Assembly: GCA_951406725.2 (NCBI GenBank)
Contig: OX597814.1
Span: 30,876,001-30,940,000, forward strand
DNA from: Octopus vulgaris
Lineage: Eukaryota
Direction: 5' to 3'
DNA: 64,000 nt
The notes beneath the pieces were generated by a model. It ran no database searches, had not been told where the DNA came from, and was given only the letters and a program-made list of their open reading frames with translations. The translations under genes were made by a program, and so were the position numbers. Shown in pieces: positions 51,070 to 64,000 of this stretch; within the stretch, counting starts at the first letter, position 1, and every line of letters starts with the position of its first letter.

Positions 51070-52250
51070 CTTTATGGGTCAAAAAGATTGGTACAAATGT
51101 AAAGATAGAAAACACAAAAATCATCATTGCTTGGAACTGCAAAAATTGTTCAAAACGTCTTGGTTTATTTGGTCCATTATTTTTGCAATTCCAGACCAGT
51201 TCACTTGATATTTCCTTGTTTCTTGTTTCTCGACTTGGATTATTCTGATTTTATCTACCAAGTCGAGGAGGACGGCTACAACAATCCAGCAAGAGTTCAT
51301 TTCTGGTGGTGTGACCAGTATTTTTAGTTTGGCGACGCGCCGTCCCAAGTATGTTGGAACTAGGACTGTTTCTCAGCTGGACTGTCGAGTACTGATTTGC
51401 TACGTCTTCAATTGTTGCATATTTCTTACCCCACGAGAGATATGTTACGTCTTTCCAAAAGGTTTGCAAGCATCTTTCAACTGCTTGATTTGCAGCATTT
51501 TCTAAACGTCTATTTTTTAAAGATATAATTTTGTACTCTATGGTACATTTGTTTGCATTGTCTATAATATCTGGAGGTGTGTTCATCGAAACACATCTTT
51601 CGCTTTTTCTTTTTAACATGTTTCTATAGGGATTCTACAGAAACTTCAATGAATTCATTTCTAGGCTTTGTCACTGAAGCAAAACCTCAGCTGTTTAATG
51701 CAATGGTTGTTGTTGTTGAGTGTTCAAGGTGTTAGTGGTAGTGGTGGTAGTGGGAGGGCTTGGATTCACAGGTATTGCGACGCTAGCAGCGTCCATTAGC
51801 TGAATTTCTTTACTCTTTTCCTATTCTTTCTCGCGTTACTTTTCTTCTTTTTCCTTGTCTTGCTCAGCGTTGCACGTGCTAGCAAGAATTTTACTTTCCC
51901 TCACTCTGCCTTTTACGGCGCACAGAGGGTGGAGACAATTTAAAAACCTTTTGGCTGTTTTCCGAAAGCAGAGGGGAAAGTCAATTAGAAATTAAGAGCC
52001 GACACTCTTCTCCAAGGACGTTTTGTAAATTTTAAAATTGAAAAATGAAAAGAATGGAGAATTTAAATTGAAAATTCGCCTCAAAAGGGGTAAAATCCCG
52101 CCTATCCGCTCAACTCAGTAAGAGCCCACTCGGCCTGGCCACAAAAATGTCGTAAAAGGTTTTGATACAATATCATCTGTAAAAACTGAACGAAAACTTA
52201 CAACTCACGAACACACAACCTTCCTCTTTCAAGCCCACGTGAAACGTCAA
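51070..52250 (-). mobile_element. 5' part (UTR plus ORF1 remnant) of a non-LTR retrotransposon
   Basis: ORFs 51251-51619 and 51124-51348 join by frameshift and are homologous to 47150-47560; family not identified. Confidence 0.5.
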
Positions 52251-52271
52251 TAATAATATATATGAATTCCT

Positions 52272-52664
52272 TTATTCTTTTACTTGTATCAGCCATTAGA
52301 TTGCGGCCATGCTGGAGCACCACCTGTAGTCGAAGAAATCGACCCAGGACTTATTATTATTTAGGACTTATTCTATCGGTCTCTTTTGCTGGACCGCTAC
52401 GTTACGCGAACATAAACACACCAACATCGGTTGTCAAGCGACGGTGGGGGTGGGGACAAACCCAGACACACAAAAGTTTGCATATATATGTGAATATGTA
52501 CGATAGGCTTGTTTTAGTTTCCGTTTATCAACTCCACTCACAAGGCTTTGGTCGGCCTGAAGCTATAGTAGAGGTTAGTTGCCCAAAGTGCCACGCAGTT
52601 GGACTGAACACGGAACCATGTAGTTAGGAAGCAAGCTTCTTACCACAGGGCCACGTCTGCACCT
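52272..52664 (-). mobile_element. SINE family A (diverged)
   Basis: Aligns to the other copies. Confidence 0.88.
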
Positions 52665-52675
52665 ATGTGTCTGTG

Positions 52676-52731
<56 letters not shown>

Positions 52732-52734
52732 GGT

Positions 52735-53740
52735 AGATATCACTTATATGAACTAAAGGTGTGTTTCTACCAATGCTTACATCGGTAAGCAAGCTCTATA
52801 ACCGTGTTTACAATGGGATTTTTAGAAAAAGAATAAAAAATAGTTCACAATTACAGAGAAGACAGAATTTCTTGCCTTTATCATAAGGGAACGAAATAGA
52901 GGGAATCAACCAATCTAAATTATATTGTTTATTATGGTCTGTTAGATACCAAATTAATTTACTAAGCCATGTACTGTTACGTTTATTCTTATCCCTAAAT
53001 GTAGAGTAATGATAAGAAATTTTAGATAACTGAGAACTACCTATATTAAAAAAGACATCGGTACCTGAATTAATTTTACACTGGGTTTTAACCTTTTTAT
53101 TTTAGAATTACTTGACATAAACTTAATTCTATTGGAATTGACTTCAGAGACAATAATATTGTTATTAATATTTCTAGGGGATGGACGGTATTAGCTAAAT
53201 TAATGTTATTATTAGTAAATGTATTGTTATTTAACAGACTAATATTATGTGAGGAGATAATTTGTAAGAGTTTTTTGTGTTGGAAAAACAAATCCTAACC
53301 GTGTGCGAGTTGATAATAGAATACTTTGGAAAATTCCTAATAATAGCTTCCCGAAACTGCAAAGGAAGATTAGATTTAATTTTCCTCCCATAAGGAATAA
53401 TCAACCAAATAGCTTTACTATTAGTTGCTTTATTTTTAGTGTAACTATATTTAAAAGACATTGATTTACCTTTAGAATGAAAAAAGGAGTTTAAATAAGG
53501 GTTATCTCTCTTCCTCTGCTTGGTGTTGTATAAATTAAAATTGATATCGTTTATATCCTTAATACTAGATTTCATGTCTCCATTAGTAAATGTAGAATAA
53601 GATTGAATGGAATTAATGTAGGTAACTTTATCTGTATAAGCTGCTTTAAATAAGGCAGAGTTATAAAATTCAGTCTTATCATTGAAAATGTCAGAATTAG
53701 CAGATAACTTAGACAATTTAAATGAAATATTCTTAACTAA
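52735..53740 (-). mobile_element. Penelope/Poseidon-type PLE 3' half (RT thumb, linker, GIY-YIG)
   Basis: SKLSANSDIFNDKTEFYNSALFKAAY, WLIIPYG, INSHTVRICFS; HYSTFRDKNKRNSTWLSKLIWYL..LDW..PYDKGKKFCLLCNCE. Confidence 0.8.
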
Positions 53741-53797
53741 GTGATTGCCCTGGAATGATTACTGAATTGACTAATACTGAAGAATTACTGAATTGGC

Positions 53798-53854
53798 TAA
53801 CTGATGAGATGCTGGAGCAGTTTTCAGCACCGGTATCTGAAACTCCGAGTTTTA
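53798..53854 (+). ncRNA. Hammerhead-like motif in an inverted pseudo-LTR next to the PLE
   Basis: taa CTGATGA gatgctgg...ccggtatc t GAAA ctc c gag TT tta; stem I is weak. Confidence 0.5.
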
Positions 53855-54644
53855 TTATGACAACCAACTAATTGTCACATATATCTATAGATAAATTCCT
53901 TTATTTTACATACTGTCGAGGTGTCATTCTTTCTTTTGTTGTAATATTATTATTATCATTAATATATATATAATTTATATTATTATTTGATTGAACGCTA
54001 CGCATCTATCTCCAAGTAAGTTTATCTTAACATTTTTGATATGACTCTACCCTTTACTGTTCTCTCCCTCTCTCTGTCCCCCTTTCGATTTCTCCCTCGT
54101 CCTTTCTCTACTTTTTTCTCCCATTCACCGTTTTCTATCTGTCTCTCTCTCCCCCACTTCCTTCTGTACTCTTTCTCTCTCGTTCCTTACACGTAACCAT
54201 CGTCCATCTTTTACTGCACGTGATCATCTTTCTATTCATTCAGTGTTGTCGTACAGACTGCATGTATTCCTATCTATCTCCTCGTTCATCTTGTCTCTTG
54301 TTAAAGACAATATTTCTCCTGCGTTGACTACTTTACCCCGTCTGGTCCAACGGCCCAACATGTTTGTTTACGTTGGTTTCCTTGTATGTCTCCACTGTCC
54401 TGCTTTTGTTACCAGCCGTAAATCCCAAATTTTATTTTGGTTCGCGGGTGCAACTGCTTTCAATGTCTTATATTGCTGTTCATTGCTCCAAATAAGGAGT
54501 AGAAGGGCAGCCGACAACTGATGAAGGGTCGTTCTTTATGTTACTTGTCTTGTTTTCCATTTGTTTCTCTCATTGCTTGCGTACAATACTTTATTTCCAT
54601 ATTTCAATGTTATGTTTTGTGACTCCTGTACACAAATAAGCATA

Positions 54645-54701
54645 TCTACCTACCTACCTACTTACCTACCTACCTACCTACCTACCTACCTACCTACCTA
54701 C

Positions 54702-54769
<68 letters not shown>

Positions 54770-54770
54770 A
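54645..54770. repeat. (CCTA)n(TCTA)n microsatellite
   Basis: Direct reading. Confidence 0.95.
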
Positions 54771-54954
54771 TAAAAGGGCTTAGTAAAATAAATTACTTTG
54801 CCACATACTGAACTCATTAGAAATAGCAGCCAAAAAAAGATTTTTTTAGCCATTTCTAATACTTAAAGAAAATTTCTCTCAGATAGTGTTTACTCAAAAC
54901 AACCCACGAAGGTATGGGGGTAAAAACATTAAAAAATCACAAGTGCAAAGATTA

Positions 54955-55016
54955 TTTGAGAACGTACGTTTCTAGATCAGCCAAATACAATTCGACATTT
55001 CTTTCGTCAGCCCAAA
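54955..55016 (-). ncRNA. Minimal type I hammerhead ribozyme motif
   Basis: tttggg CTGACGA aagaaatgtcgaa ttgta tttggctgatcta GAAA cgtacg TT ctcaaa; palindromic stem III; imperfect stem II. Confidence 0.7.
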
Positions 55017-55268
55017 ATTTCTTAATTCGGATTTGGTCCCTTTACATACTGAATACTTGGTGAAATTGATTAATAACTAATTAATTTTACCCTCAATTGT
55101 TGAAATTATCTATCTATATATATATATATATATATATAGGGAGAATTCACAAACAAAAACAAGAGACGAAGCCAGGTGGCTTAGACAACAAACAGATGCA
55201 TGAGTTTAACGCTCGGGAAGTAAAAAAGTCTTTAGGAAAAGTCGACTTCAGCGCAATTTGATCTCAGA

Positions 55269-55308
<40 letters not shown>

Positions 55309-55515
55309 CACCCACACATGTATGTATTTCTCCACGTATAAACAGACGTGTGAGCACACACACAGAGACATAAATGAATAAAAGTTAATGTTAGTTTTGT
55401 TAAGCTATAAAGTTCTTGCCGAAGAAGCCATTCAGTACTTATATTATAATAATATTTATTCGCCGATCCATCTATCTATCTATAGATATATATAAACGTT
55501 TATACACACACGAGC

Positions 55516-55567
<52 letters not shown>

Positions 55568-56370
55568 ATATGTATGTATATATGTATATATGTTTGTATG
55601 TATGTATGTACGTATGTATGTATGTATGCATGTTGTTATGTACGTATATGTACATATAATATGTACAGGTGAAAAAGTTAGTTTTCAACATTTTTATTCT
55701 ATTCTTAATTAATACAATTTATTTGGTTTTTGCTCACGGTATACTTTCACAAGTTATTCATTATATATAAGCAAATGGAATAATGACAGTGAATAAATGT
55801 TATTTTATATTGAATTCAAAAGTGTTGAAAAGGCCACAAGTGTATATGTGTTTGATACGATTTTGCTTTGATAAATAACGATAGTTTTTGATGCAGTTAG
55901 TGAATGCGTTTTTGATATAAAAGACAATATATTTTTACTGGAAATAAAGAAATGAAAACAAACGCTGTAAAAGAAAGTATTTCTTTCGTCTCAAATGTGA
56001 GCTTAAAATTTTGTTACCTCCGAGATATAGCGTTTAAGATAATTTCGTCAGAGAGGTTTATTTAATAAAAATGACCAGATGTCGCGCAGGGAATATACGA
56101 CTTTTGCTGGCAGTTAACTTGATAATGCATTATTTTAGTAAGTCATAAAACTATGCCTCCCAATTCGCGATCCTCCTGAAAGACTCTGTTAATAGCTTTT
56201 CATAGAAAACTCAATTAGTAACTTTGCTTAGCGTACCAACTCATTGAATGTTGCGTAACAATAAATGTCTTTCTTCTTCCTTTTTTCGTTTGTTTTTCAT
56301 CTGAAGCGAAGATGTTTTTGTGATAATAATTATACATACATACACACACACACATATATATATGCGTGTG

Positions 56371-56521
<151 letters not shown>

Positions 56522-56574
56522 CTCTCTCTCACCCTCTCTATATATATATATGTATACACACATCTATCTATCTA

Positions 56575-56610
<36 letters not shown>

Positions 56611-56613
56611 CAC

Positions 56614-56652
<39 letters not shown>

Positions 56653-57311
56653 TATATATGTATATATATATATATATATGTATATAATCACGCACATATT
56701 TGTTTATGTGTGTCTATACATGTACATATGTAATTTATGCTTTTCTGAATACACAAACCTAGATATTTATATGGATATATGCAACTATACATATAACCTT
56801 ACCACACAGATCCACACTCACGTACAGTATTGCACACACACATACATACATGTATAAAAAAAACTCTTATTGCATTAATTGCATCAATTATAATACACAG
56901 ATGGTTATGCATACGACATATGGATATATATCCATATATATATATATATGTGTGTGTGTGTGTCTGCTCGATGAAAATGACTATGTATGCTAAAAATGAA
57001 AATTCAAGACGACAATGGTGAAAGACAAATAGAACAACTGATGGGAAAATTCGAAATACAAACACGAGGAAACACGTTTCATTAGCGAACTTTCATTCTA
57101 GAACCGAAATCGAAGGTTTATCATTGATCGTATTTCATTTTATTTCCATCATGTTTTCCATAAATATGAATTTTCATTATTGTAATATATTTCATCTTTT
57201 ACTCGGTCTGTTTTAGCGTCTCTCCCTCCTTCTCTCGTTTCTCTCTCTCTCTCTCTTTATTTATCTATCTATCTCTGTGTCTCTCACACACACATTCTTT
57301 TATTCTTCAAT

Positions 57312-57664
57312 TGTTTTACATGTTTCAGTTATTTGACCGCTGCCTTACCGGAGCACCCGAAGACTTATTCTTCGTAAGCCTGGCACTTATTCTACTGGGT
57401 TCTTTTGCCGAACCACTAGGTTATGGGGACGTAAACACCACCAATATCGGTTGTCGAGCGTTAGAGGGGGACAAATACAGACACACACACATAAATATAT
57501 ACAACTGACTTCTTTCAGTTTCAGTCTACCAAATCCACTCACAAGGCTCTAGTCGACCCGAGGCCATAGTAAAAGACACTTGCCGAAGGAACCACGCAAT
57601 GGGACTGAACCCGAAACAATGTGGTTGGGAAGCAAGATTCTTGCCACACATCCATGCCTACGCC
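57312..57664 (-). mobile_element. SINE family A (diverged)
   Basis: Aligns to the other copies. Confidence 0.82.
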
Positions 57665-60051
57665 AATATAATTTTTATCGCTCTATCATATCCCTTCTCT
57701 CACAATCTTTTTCTATCCTTTCTCACTACTCCTCACTTTCTTTCTTTTAGCCTATCTTGTCCGGTCTCTCACGCTTTTCTCTGTATGCATACTTGAATTA
57801 TCTGTGTAGATTGTATTTGTGAGAGAGAGAGAGAGAGAGGGGGGTAGAGGGAGAGAAAATGAAAGAGAAGAAGAGATAGAGGGCGAGAGAGATAGAGAAA
57901 GAGAGAAATAGAAGCTACGAGCAGATAAGTTACTAAACGGTTTTCTTTCTTTTTTAAAAAATAGTTGGTGATATAATTCCTTTTTACAACTAAGATTGGT
58001 AAATAACAGAAATAAGAGAAATATTAGTGTCGATGATCGAAATTTATTTTTTCATTCTAACATGATCTGAGTCAAAGTCTCGCCGCTAGAATCTTTACGT
58101 TGTATACTTTTGTGGTCAATAAGTGCTGTTGTTAATATAATCGATTATACAAGATGGTAAATTATAGAAGCATTAGAGAGATGGACAAAATACATTGGCG
58201 TATTTAGTTACACTTCTTAAGTACAAGTGTTTTCCAGGGAAGTTTTTCCTTTTTTCTTCTGGGATCGATAATATGAGACTAAGTCAAGCACTAGAGTTAG
58301 TTTTATTGACTATACCCTTCACCCTTCTATGTTAGAAACCCCTATGGTTATAATGATAGTACGCATCAGAAATGGCAGAGCGTCGAACAAACAAATTAGG
58401 TATATATTTATACACTGAGTTCATATCTGGATGCTTTTAATTGAATTTACCTTGCACCTTAAAGTAAACACCAGTGGTATAGAAATACTTGGATGCATCC
58501 TGTCCTTATACATAGGAACATCAGCCAAAATTAGAAATCTCTATTATTTTTAGAGCTATAACTAAGGCTTTCGATTGGCTTAATATTTAGAGTGCTGGCA
58601 CAAGCCACATGATATTTAATCCGTCTTTTGGCAATCTCGAGATTGTAAACCTAACCGTTCATCTTGCCGGGGCTGATACAATAAAACACTATTCATATAC
58701 TGTGGTAGATATAATAGGCTTTTCTCCTCACTGCACAGTTTGTGGCCTTGTGCTTCTGTTAGGTAATATATATTAAAACTGTGACTTACAGAAACGATAC
58801 AAATGCTGTACAAAATATTTTGCGGCAACTTAGCTATGCACCTATCTTATGTTAGTTCAAACCTTGCCAAGGTCGACAAAATAAGAACCACAGAGCTACA
58901 GTTTCACAGCAGACTTTTTCCCTAAAATTCTACTCTTGTAGCAAAGTTAAAAATCATTATTACTGTTGTTTTATTTGTTGTTCTTGTTTTATTTTTTTAT
59001 TTAAAATCATAAACTGATTTTCATTTTTAGTGTTAACGATAATTACATTAAATGTCAATTTTTGGATCGTAAAAAATTAGACTGGTGCCTTAGGCATTGC
59101 CTTGACGTTTACTTTATTTGATCAGTGCATTGCCACATATACTCACAAACACACACGTAAGCGCAGAGCACGTAAACATATGATTAAAATACACAAATAA
59201 GTGTGTGAGTATCTATATGTGTTTGTGCATTTCTCTATGTTTACCGTTTCTTTTAATGAAAAGACGAAAATTATGAATTTTCTTAGAGAGAAATGAAAAG
59301 CTTCTAAAACAGAAACACACACATACGTACACACATTCGATCTGCTTCTGATTAATGTGTGTTCTATAAACGCAATCAGATTATAATGTTTTTTTCCTAG
59401 ATGCAATTTACTGAAGTTAGATAAATTTCTAGATGTCCTCAGGTTATATATGCTTACATACGCACGAAAGATTGCATGACTGCAACTATAACTATGAACG
59501 TATGCTTCTCAATGTGTCTGAATGTGTATGTATTTGTCTGTGCGTGTGTATCTATTCATGTATGTATTCGTGACTGTGTGCAAGTAGTAGTGTGTGTATG
59601 AGTATTTTGAGAATACATGTGACAGTGTGTGAAATAATTTCTCCTGGCTTACTGTTCCCTGAGGCAAATAAGATAAGAAAACAACAGAGATATTTAATAT
59701 GCACAAACTACGAAAATATTTACAAACACTCTGCCGGCAGGTATTTTTGCAGTAAAATACGTTGATAGAATTAAGTTACTCATCCAGCCGTAAGTATGTC
59801 ATTCGTCTGAATTAACGACTTTTAAGTAACTAAAAACTTTTATCTCTGCTAGCAATAGCGTTTTTGCTTCTATTGATTGGTATTTCTAGTGACAACTGCC
59901 CGTCTTCTTTCCCAACCTGTTATTTTCTCGTATTTATCCAAAATCGCATCCAAACACGCACTCGCACATACTCACACACAAAAGCACATATATAATACAA
60001 TATATATACTCACACATTACATACTATATCTATATATTTGTGTAGATAGAT

Positions 60052-60091
<40 letters not shown>

Positions 60092-60158
60092 ATATATATA
60101 CATGAATACATACATTACATGTATGCATACATACACAACCACGCATACGCACAAACAC

Positions 60159-60323
60159 TAGGCGCAAGCTTGACTGTATAGTAAGAATTTTGCTTTCCAA
60201 CCATATAGTTCCGGGTTCAGTCCCACTGCGTTGCCCCTTGGTCAAGTGTTTTCCGCTATAGCCCCGGGTGAACCAAATTCTTGTAAGTGGATTTGGGCAG
60301 ACGGAAACTGAAAGAAGCCCGTC

Positions 60324-60325
<2 letters not shown>
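60159..60325 (+). mobile_element. SINE family A, 5' half ending at its internal (TA)n
   Basis: Head through gaagcccgtcg, then (TA)n; no tail found downstream. Confidence 0.85.
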
Positions 60326-60364
<39 letters not shown>

Positions 60365-60501
60365 TACCCTCTCCTCAAAACGAACAGACATATTAGACAA
60401 TATAGTTGTACATAATCAACAATGTCAGGATGGTCACGGTTGGTGAGTTTTTAATTATAGGTATACTTAATCAGAGACCTTCTGAGCATAAACAAGTGCA
60501 C

Positions 60502-60612
60502 TACCACCACCACCACCACCACCACCACCACCACCACTACCACCACCACTACCACCACCACTACCACCACCACTACCACCACCACTACCACCACCACTAC
60601 CACCACCACTAC
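60502..60612. repeat. (CAC)n grading into 12 bp (TACCACCACCAC)n
   Basis: Direct reading. Confidence 0.95.
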
Positions 60613-61222
60613 ATATCAACCCCATGACCGCTTTCACATACTATCGTAAGTGAAGTCACTCACGTGTGTGTGTGTGTGTGTGTGTGTGTAAGAAGAGCTT
60701 TTTGTCAACTATGATCCAATTGATGTTAAAAACAAAACACTTTTTTCGTATCGGAATACGCGTGGTCTCTCTATCATAGGTGCATAAAAGTGACGTTATT
60801 AGTTGGCACTGTGGATAACGTTGAAGTGAATGGTACTGCTAGGAGGCAATATCATAATAATAGGGGACCAGTTGACGTAAAATGTATGACTGTTTATATT
60901 AAAACTGTTGTTAATGTGATGTCTAGGTTGTTGTTTATACGGTGCCCTTTTTGGTTCGGTCTTCAATATGTTCATCATACTGTTTGTATCTCCACTTGTT
61001 GTCCTGGAGCTTTTAGGGATCATTTATTGTCACATGGGTGCATGAGACATGTTTTATTGGTTCTTTTGTTGCACACATTTATGTTCAGTTTTTAAGCTCC
61101 TGTATTTAAATGTATCTCGAATGCCGTCTTTTAGTTGGTTATTAGCTACAGCGTATCAGAAATTTTATGGCATTAGATTGAGTGCGATAGATATTAGCTA
61201 CTATATATATATATATATATAT

Positions 61223-61327
61223 ATGAATGAAACTGGTACTGAAATGTTTTTATAAAATTATTTTGGCATTTTCTACCTTGACTTTTTTCCATATATATAT
61301 ATATATATATATAGCCGCTAATATATT

Positions 61328-61380
<53 letters not shown>

Positions 61381-61531
61381 TATATATATATATATATATG
61401 TGTATGTGTGTGTGTGTGTATAAATATATTAGCGGCTATATATATATATATATATATATATATGGAAAAAAGTCAAGGTAGAAAATGCCAAAATAATTTT
61501 ATAAAAACATTTCAGTACCAGTTTCATTCAT
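61223..61531. repeat. Fold-back inverted duplication including microsatellites
   Basis: 61223-~61345 mirrors ~61405-61531. Confidence 0.9.
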
Positions 61532-62530
61532 TGAGACTTCTTCAACTGTAAGCATGGAAAGCAATTAAATTTTGGAAAAATTATATGAAAATGTTTTAAA
61601 CGAATATTTGCATAGTATTCAAATACAAGGGGCATTTTGCTTGTTTCTGCCTGCCTCTGTCTCTCTTGTTTACTCTTGTGGATTCGAGGTCGTTGTGAAT
61701 TATTGGCAGAGAAGAATAATAAGAATAAGAAGAAGAAGAAGAAGAAGGAAAAGGAGAAGAATAATGCGGGAGTGCTATGATAGTAGTAGGATATTAAATG
61801 GTTAAGTGCCCTGAAAGTGACTTGTTGTGGATGGTAATAGCGATTGAATTCTTTAGATATCTCTTTTGAATGTATTGTTTATATTTGCGTAGGTGTTATT
61901 CTAAACAGCAGTAGTAGTAAAGTAAGGAAGGAGGTGGCGGAGAGGAAGAGGACGAAGAAGGAAAAAGAGAAGAGAGAGAGTGATAAGGGAATGCGGGGTG
62001 GCATGATAGTAGTAGGATGTTAAATGGTCAATTGACCTGAAAGTGGTACGTTGTAGATAATAGTTATGATTGGGACTGTTTTTAATGAATTCTTGGGTAT
62101 CTCTTGAATGTAACACTTTTAATATTTGCGTGTGTGTTATTCTAAGACCGAAGTGGATATGTCGTTTGTTGTAGATACGTTGAAAAGGGGTCTGCATTTT
62201 GTAATAAAAGAGTCTCTTTACTAATTCGTTGCCTGCAGGTTGTATCGTCCCTGAATTGCTAGAGGGGAAAAATTCTGAAGCTTGGACTTTTGCTATTGGC
62301 GCAAATGTCAATGTGTTTGCTGAATGCTATTTTTCTGTTTTGGGGAATTTTTATCTGGGATCTGTGCAGAACCACCCTTTGACGTAGATTATTTTTTGTT
62401 TGGCCTATGTGTTGCTCCTGAAACCCAGAGCAGGTTAGTTCGTATATCAAGTTCACCGAAGTACATGCGATGCTGCTTTTCACTGTGAAAAGTTGTCTCT
62501 GTTTGAAAGAGAACTCTGATCCCTCGATTA
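61463..62530 (-). mobile_element. Neptune-type PLE 3' end (GIY-YIG, duplicated spacer, pseudo-LTR)
   Basis: CTSVNLIYELTCSGFQEQHIGQTKNNLRQRVVLHRSQI..FSKHIDIC; ~230 bp-period duplication at 61760-62147; ends at (TA)n. Confidence 0.85.
61513..61548 (-). ncRNA. Degenerate minimal hammerhead-like motif
   Basis: cag TTGAAGA agtctcaatgaat GAAA ctgg TA ctg; stem II pairs poorly. Confidence 0.45.
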
Positions 62531-62537
62531 TACACAC

Positions 62538-62579
<42 letters not shown>

Positions 62580-63767
62580 TTATATATATATAATCATGCA
62601 ACCACTGCTTTTTTCATACTTTCAAATTATATCACAAATCTGAATGCAACCTAAATAACCACACAGCACATATTCCGAACACCCCTTAGGTAATCTCCAA
62701 CAATCCTATTCGACTTTCCATTTTCTCCCTTTTAATTTTTTAATTCTCCAATCTTGTTTTAATTGTTTAATATTACATATATGAACATACATATGTGTAC
62801 GTATGCGGATGTATGTAAATATATGTGTGTGTGTGTGTGTGCGTGTGTATGTATGAGCGTACGTGTGCATGTGTATGTGTATATGTACGCACGTATGCGT
62901 GTATGCATATATGTATATATACATGCGTACAGATTTAAGTACACATGTACTCAGGCCTATATAATAGTGCATATACACACACATATATGTACGTGTGTCT
63001 GCGTGTGCATATACCAATATCCTCTTCCTTCTTTCTTTCTCTCTAATTCCTCAAGCGACACTATCATATTAACCAGTACAATAAACACATGTGTCTATTT
63101 ATAGAAACTTGACCATTATATATTTGTATGGTTCCCTTCCTTTTTGAGGTTTACTACTCACTTTAGTAACCCTCTATAACTTTTTTCTGTACCCATCCCT
63201 TAGTGCCATTTTAACGTATCACCCCACCTCACACTCCTCATACATATTCATTCCTTATATTCTTATCTCTTTCTACCATTCCCCTACTCACCTCCTCTCT
63301 TCCTCATAATATCTTGACCACCAACTAACACTCCTTTTTTCACTTTTTTCATTTTTTCGCATTTTCTCTTGCTTTCTTTTTCTCTTCCTCTTTCTTTCCT
63401 TCTTTCCTCACATTTTCCTTTTGAATTTCTCCTCATTTTAACATTCTTCCCTCTCTATCCACTTAATACTACCGCTATATTCGCAAATTTTCATTCTCAC
63501 CACAAGATCCCTGAACAGCACATGGAATCTACATCACCACAAAACATGAACTCCTATTGGAATTTACATACTATGGGCATGAAGCATTTCTACCACTTCT
63601 ACACATCACTTTCCTTGGATAGAGGAACTGCAACTCTAATATCTTTATATATCTTTATTTCTACTTTCATTCTCCCATTTCTCTCTAGACTCCTTATTTC
63701 CATCCTTTTCCAAAAGAACTCCTTATATTGAACTCTACGTTTCCCCTCTATTTAACCATCTCACATC

Positions 63768-63816
63768 GTCTCTGACTAAAAGGATATCCCTAATATTCCA
63801 GAAACAGCTGTAAGAC
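63768..63816 (+). ncRNA. Minimal hammerhead motif with G8->U lesion
   Basis: gtct CTGACTA aaggatatccctaatattcca GAAA cagctg TA agac; palindromic stem III. Confidence 0.6.
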
Positions 63817-64000
63817 TAACTTTCTATTTATAAATGTCCTGAAAATTCCACACAGCCTTGGCTTTGTTGTCTCATTTTATTTAACACACACATATATATC
63901 TTCTGAGATATACAGACGTATTTACACATATATAGATCCACACGGGCACACATAAACACACACACAACACCTCCATATATATATATATGCATACGTAGAT

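Noticed and set aside
54513-54549. gacaa CTGATGA ... ttgtc hammerhead-like stem I
   Set aside because: The GAAA and stem III half is missing.
55663-55846. Possible Tc1-type MITE (ttttcaacatttt / aaaagtgttgaaaa)
   Set aside because: The inverted match is short, AT-rich and not terminal; unsupported without other copies.

Overview
AT-rich eukaryotic DNA, almost entirely repeats. The SINE families and microsatellite load suggest an octopus-like cephalopod; this is an inference from recalled repeat sequences, not a database result. I found no convincing host protein-coding exon, RNA gene or CRISPR array, and most listed ORFs are microsatellite translations. The window holds: Dong/R4-type RLE non-LTR retrotransposon pieces in (TAA)n; a ~545 bp non-autonomous element, also in (TAA)n; a full-length but frameshifted DD34D mariner, a Tc1, an internally deleted maT/rosa-like element, a TTAA-flanked insertion and a foldback element; Helitron-type elements; CR1 and RTE remnants; four tRNA-derived SINE families (>20 copies); many Penelope-like (PLE) remnants; and a ~1.85 kb (TA)n tract. 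The most notable signal is a set of about 11 minimal type I hammerhead ribozyme motifs. They sit in short PLE pseudo-LTR-like modules whose 3' ends usually abut (TA)n tracts, several have palindromic stem III, the 3-8 core pair varies (C-G, G-C, U-A), and three loci form inverted or fold-back structures, including a near-perfect 412 bp palindrome. All folds were read by eye and no activity was tested.
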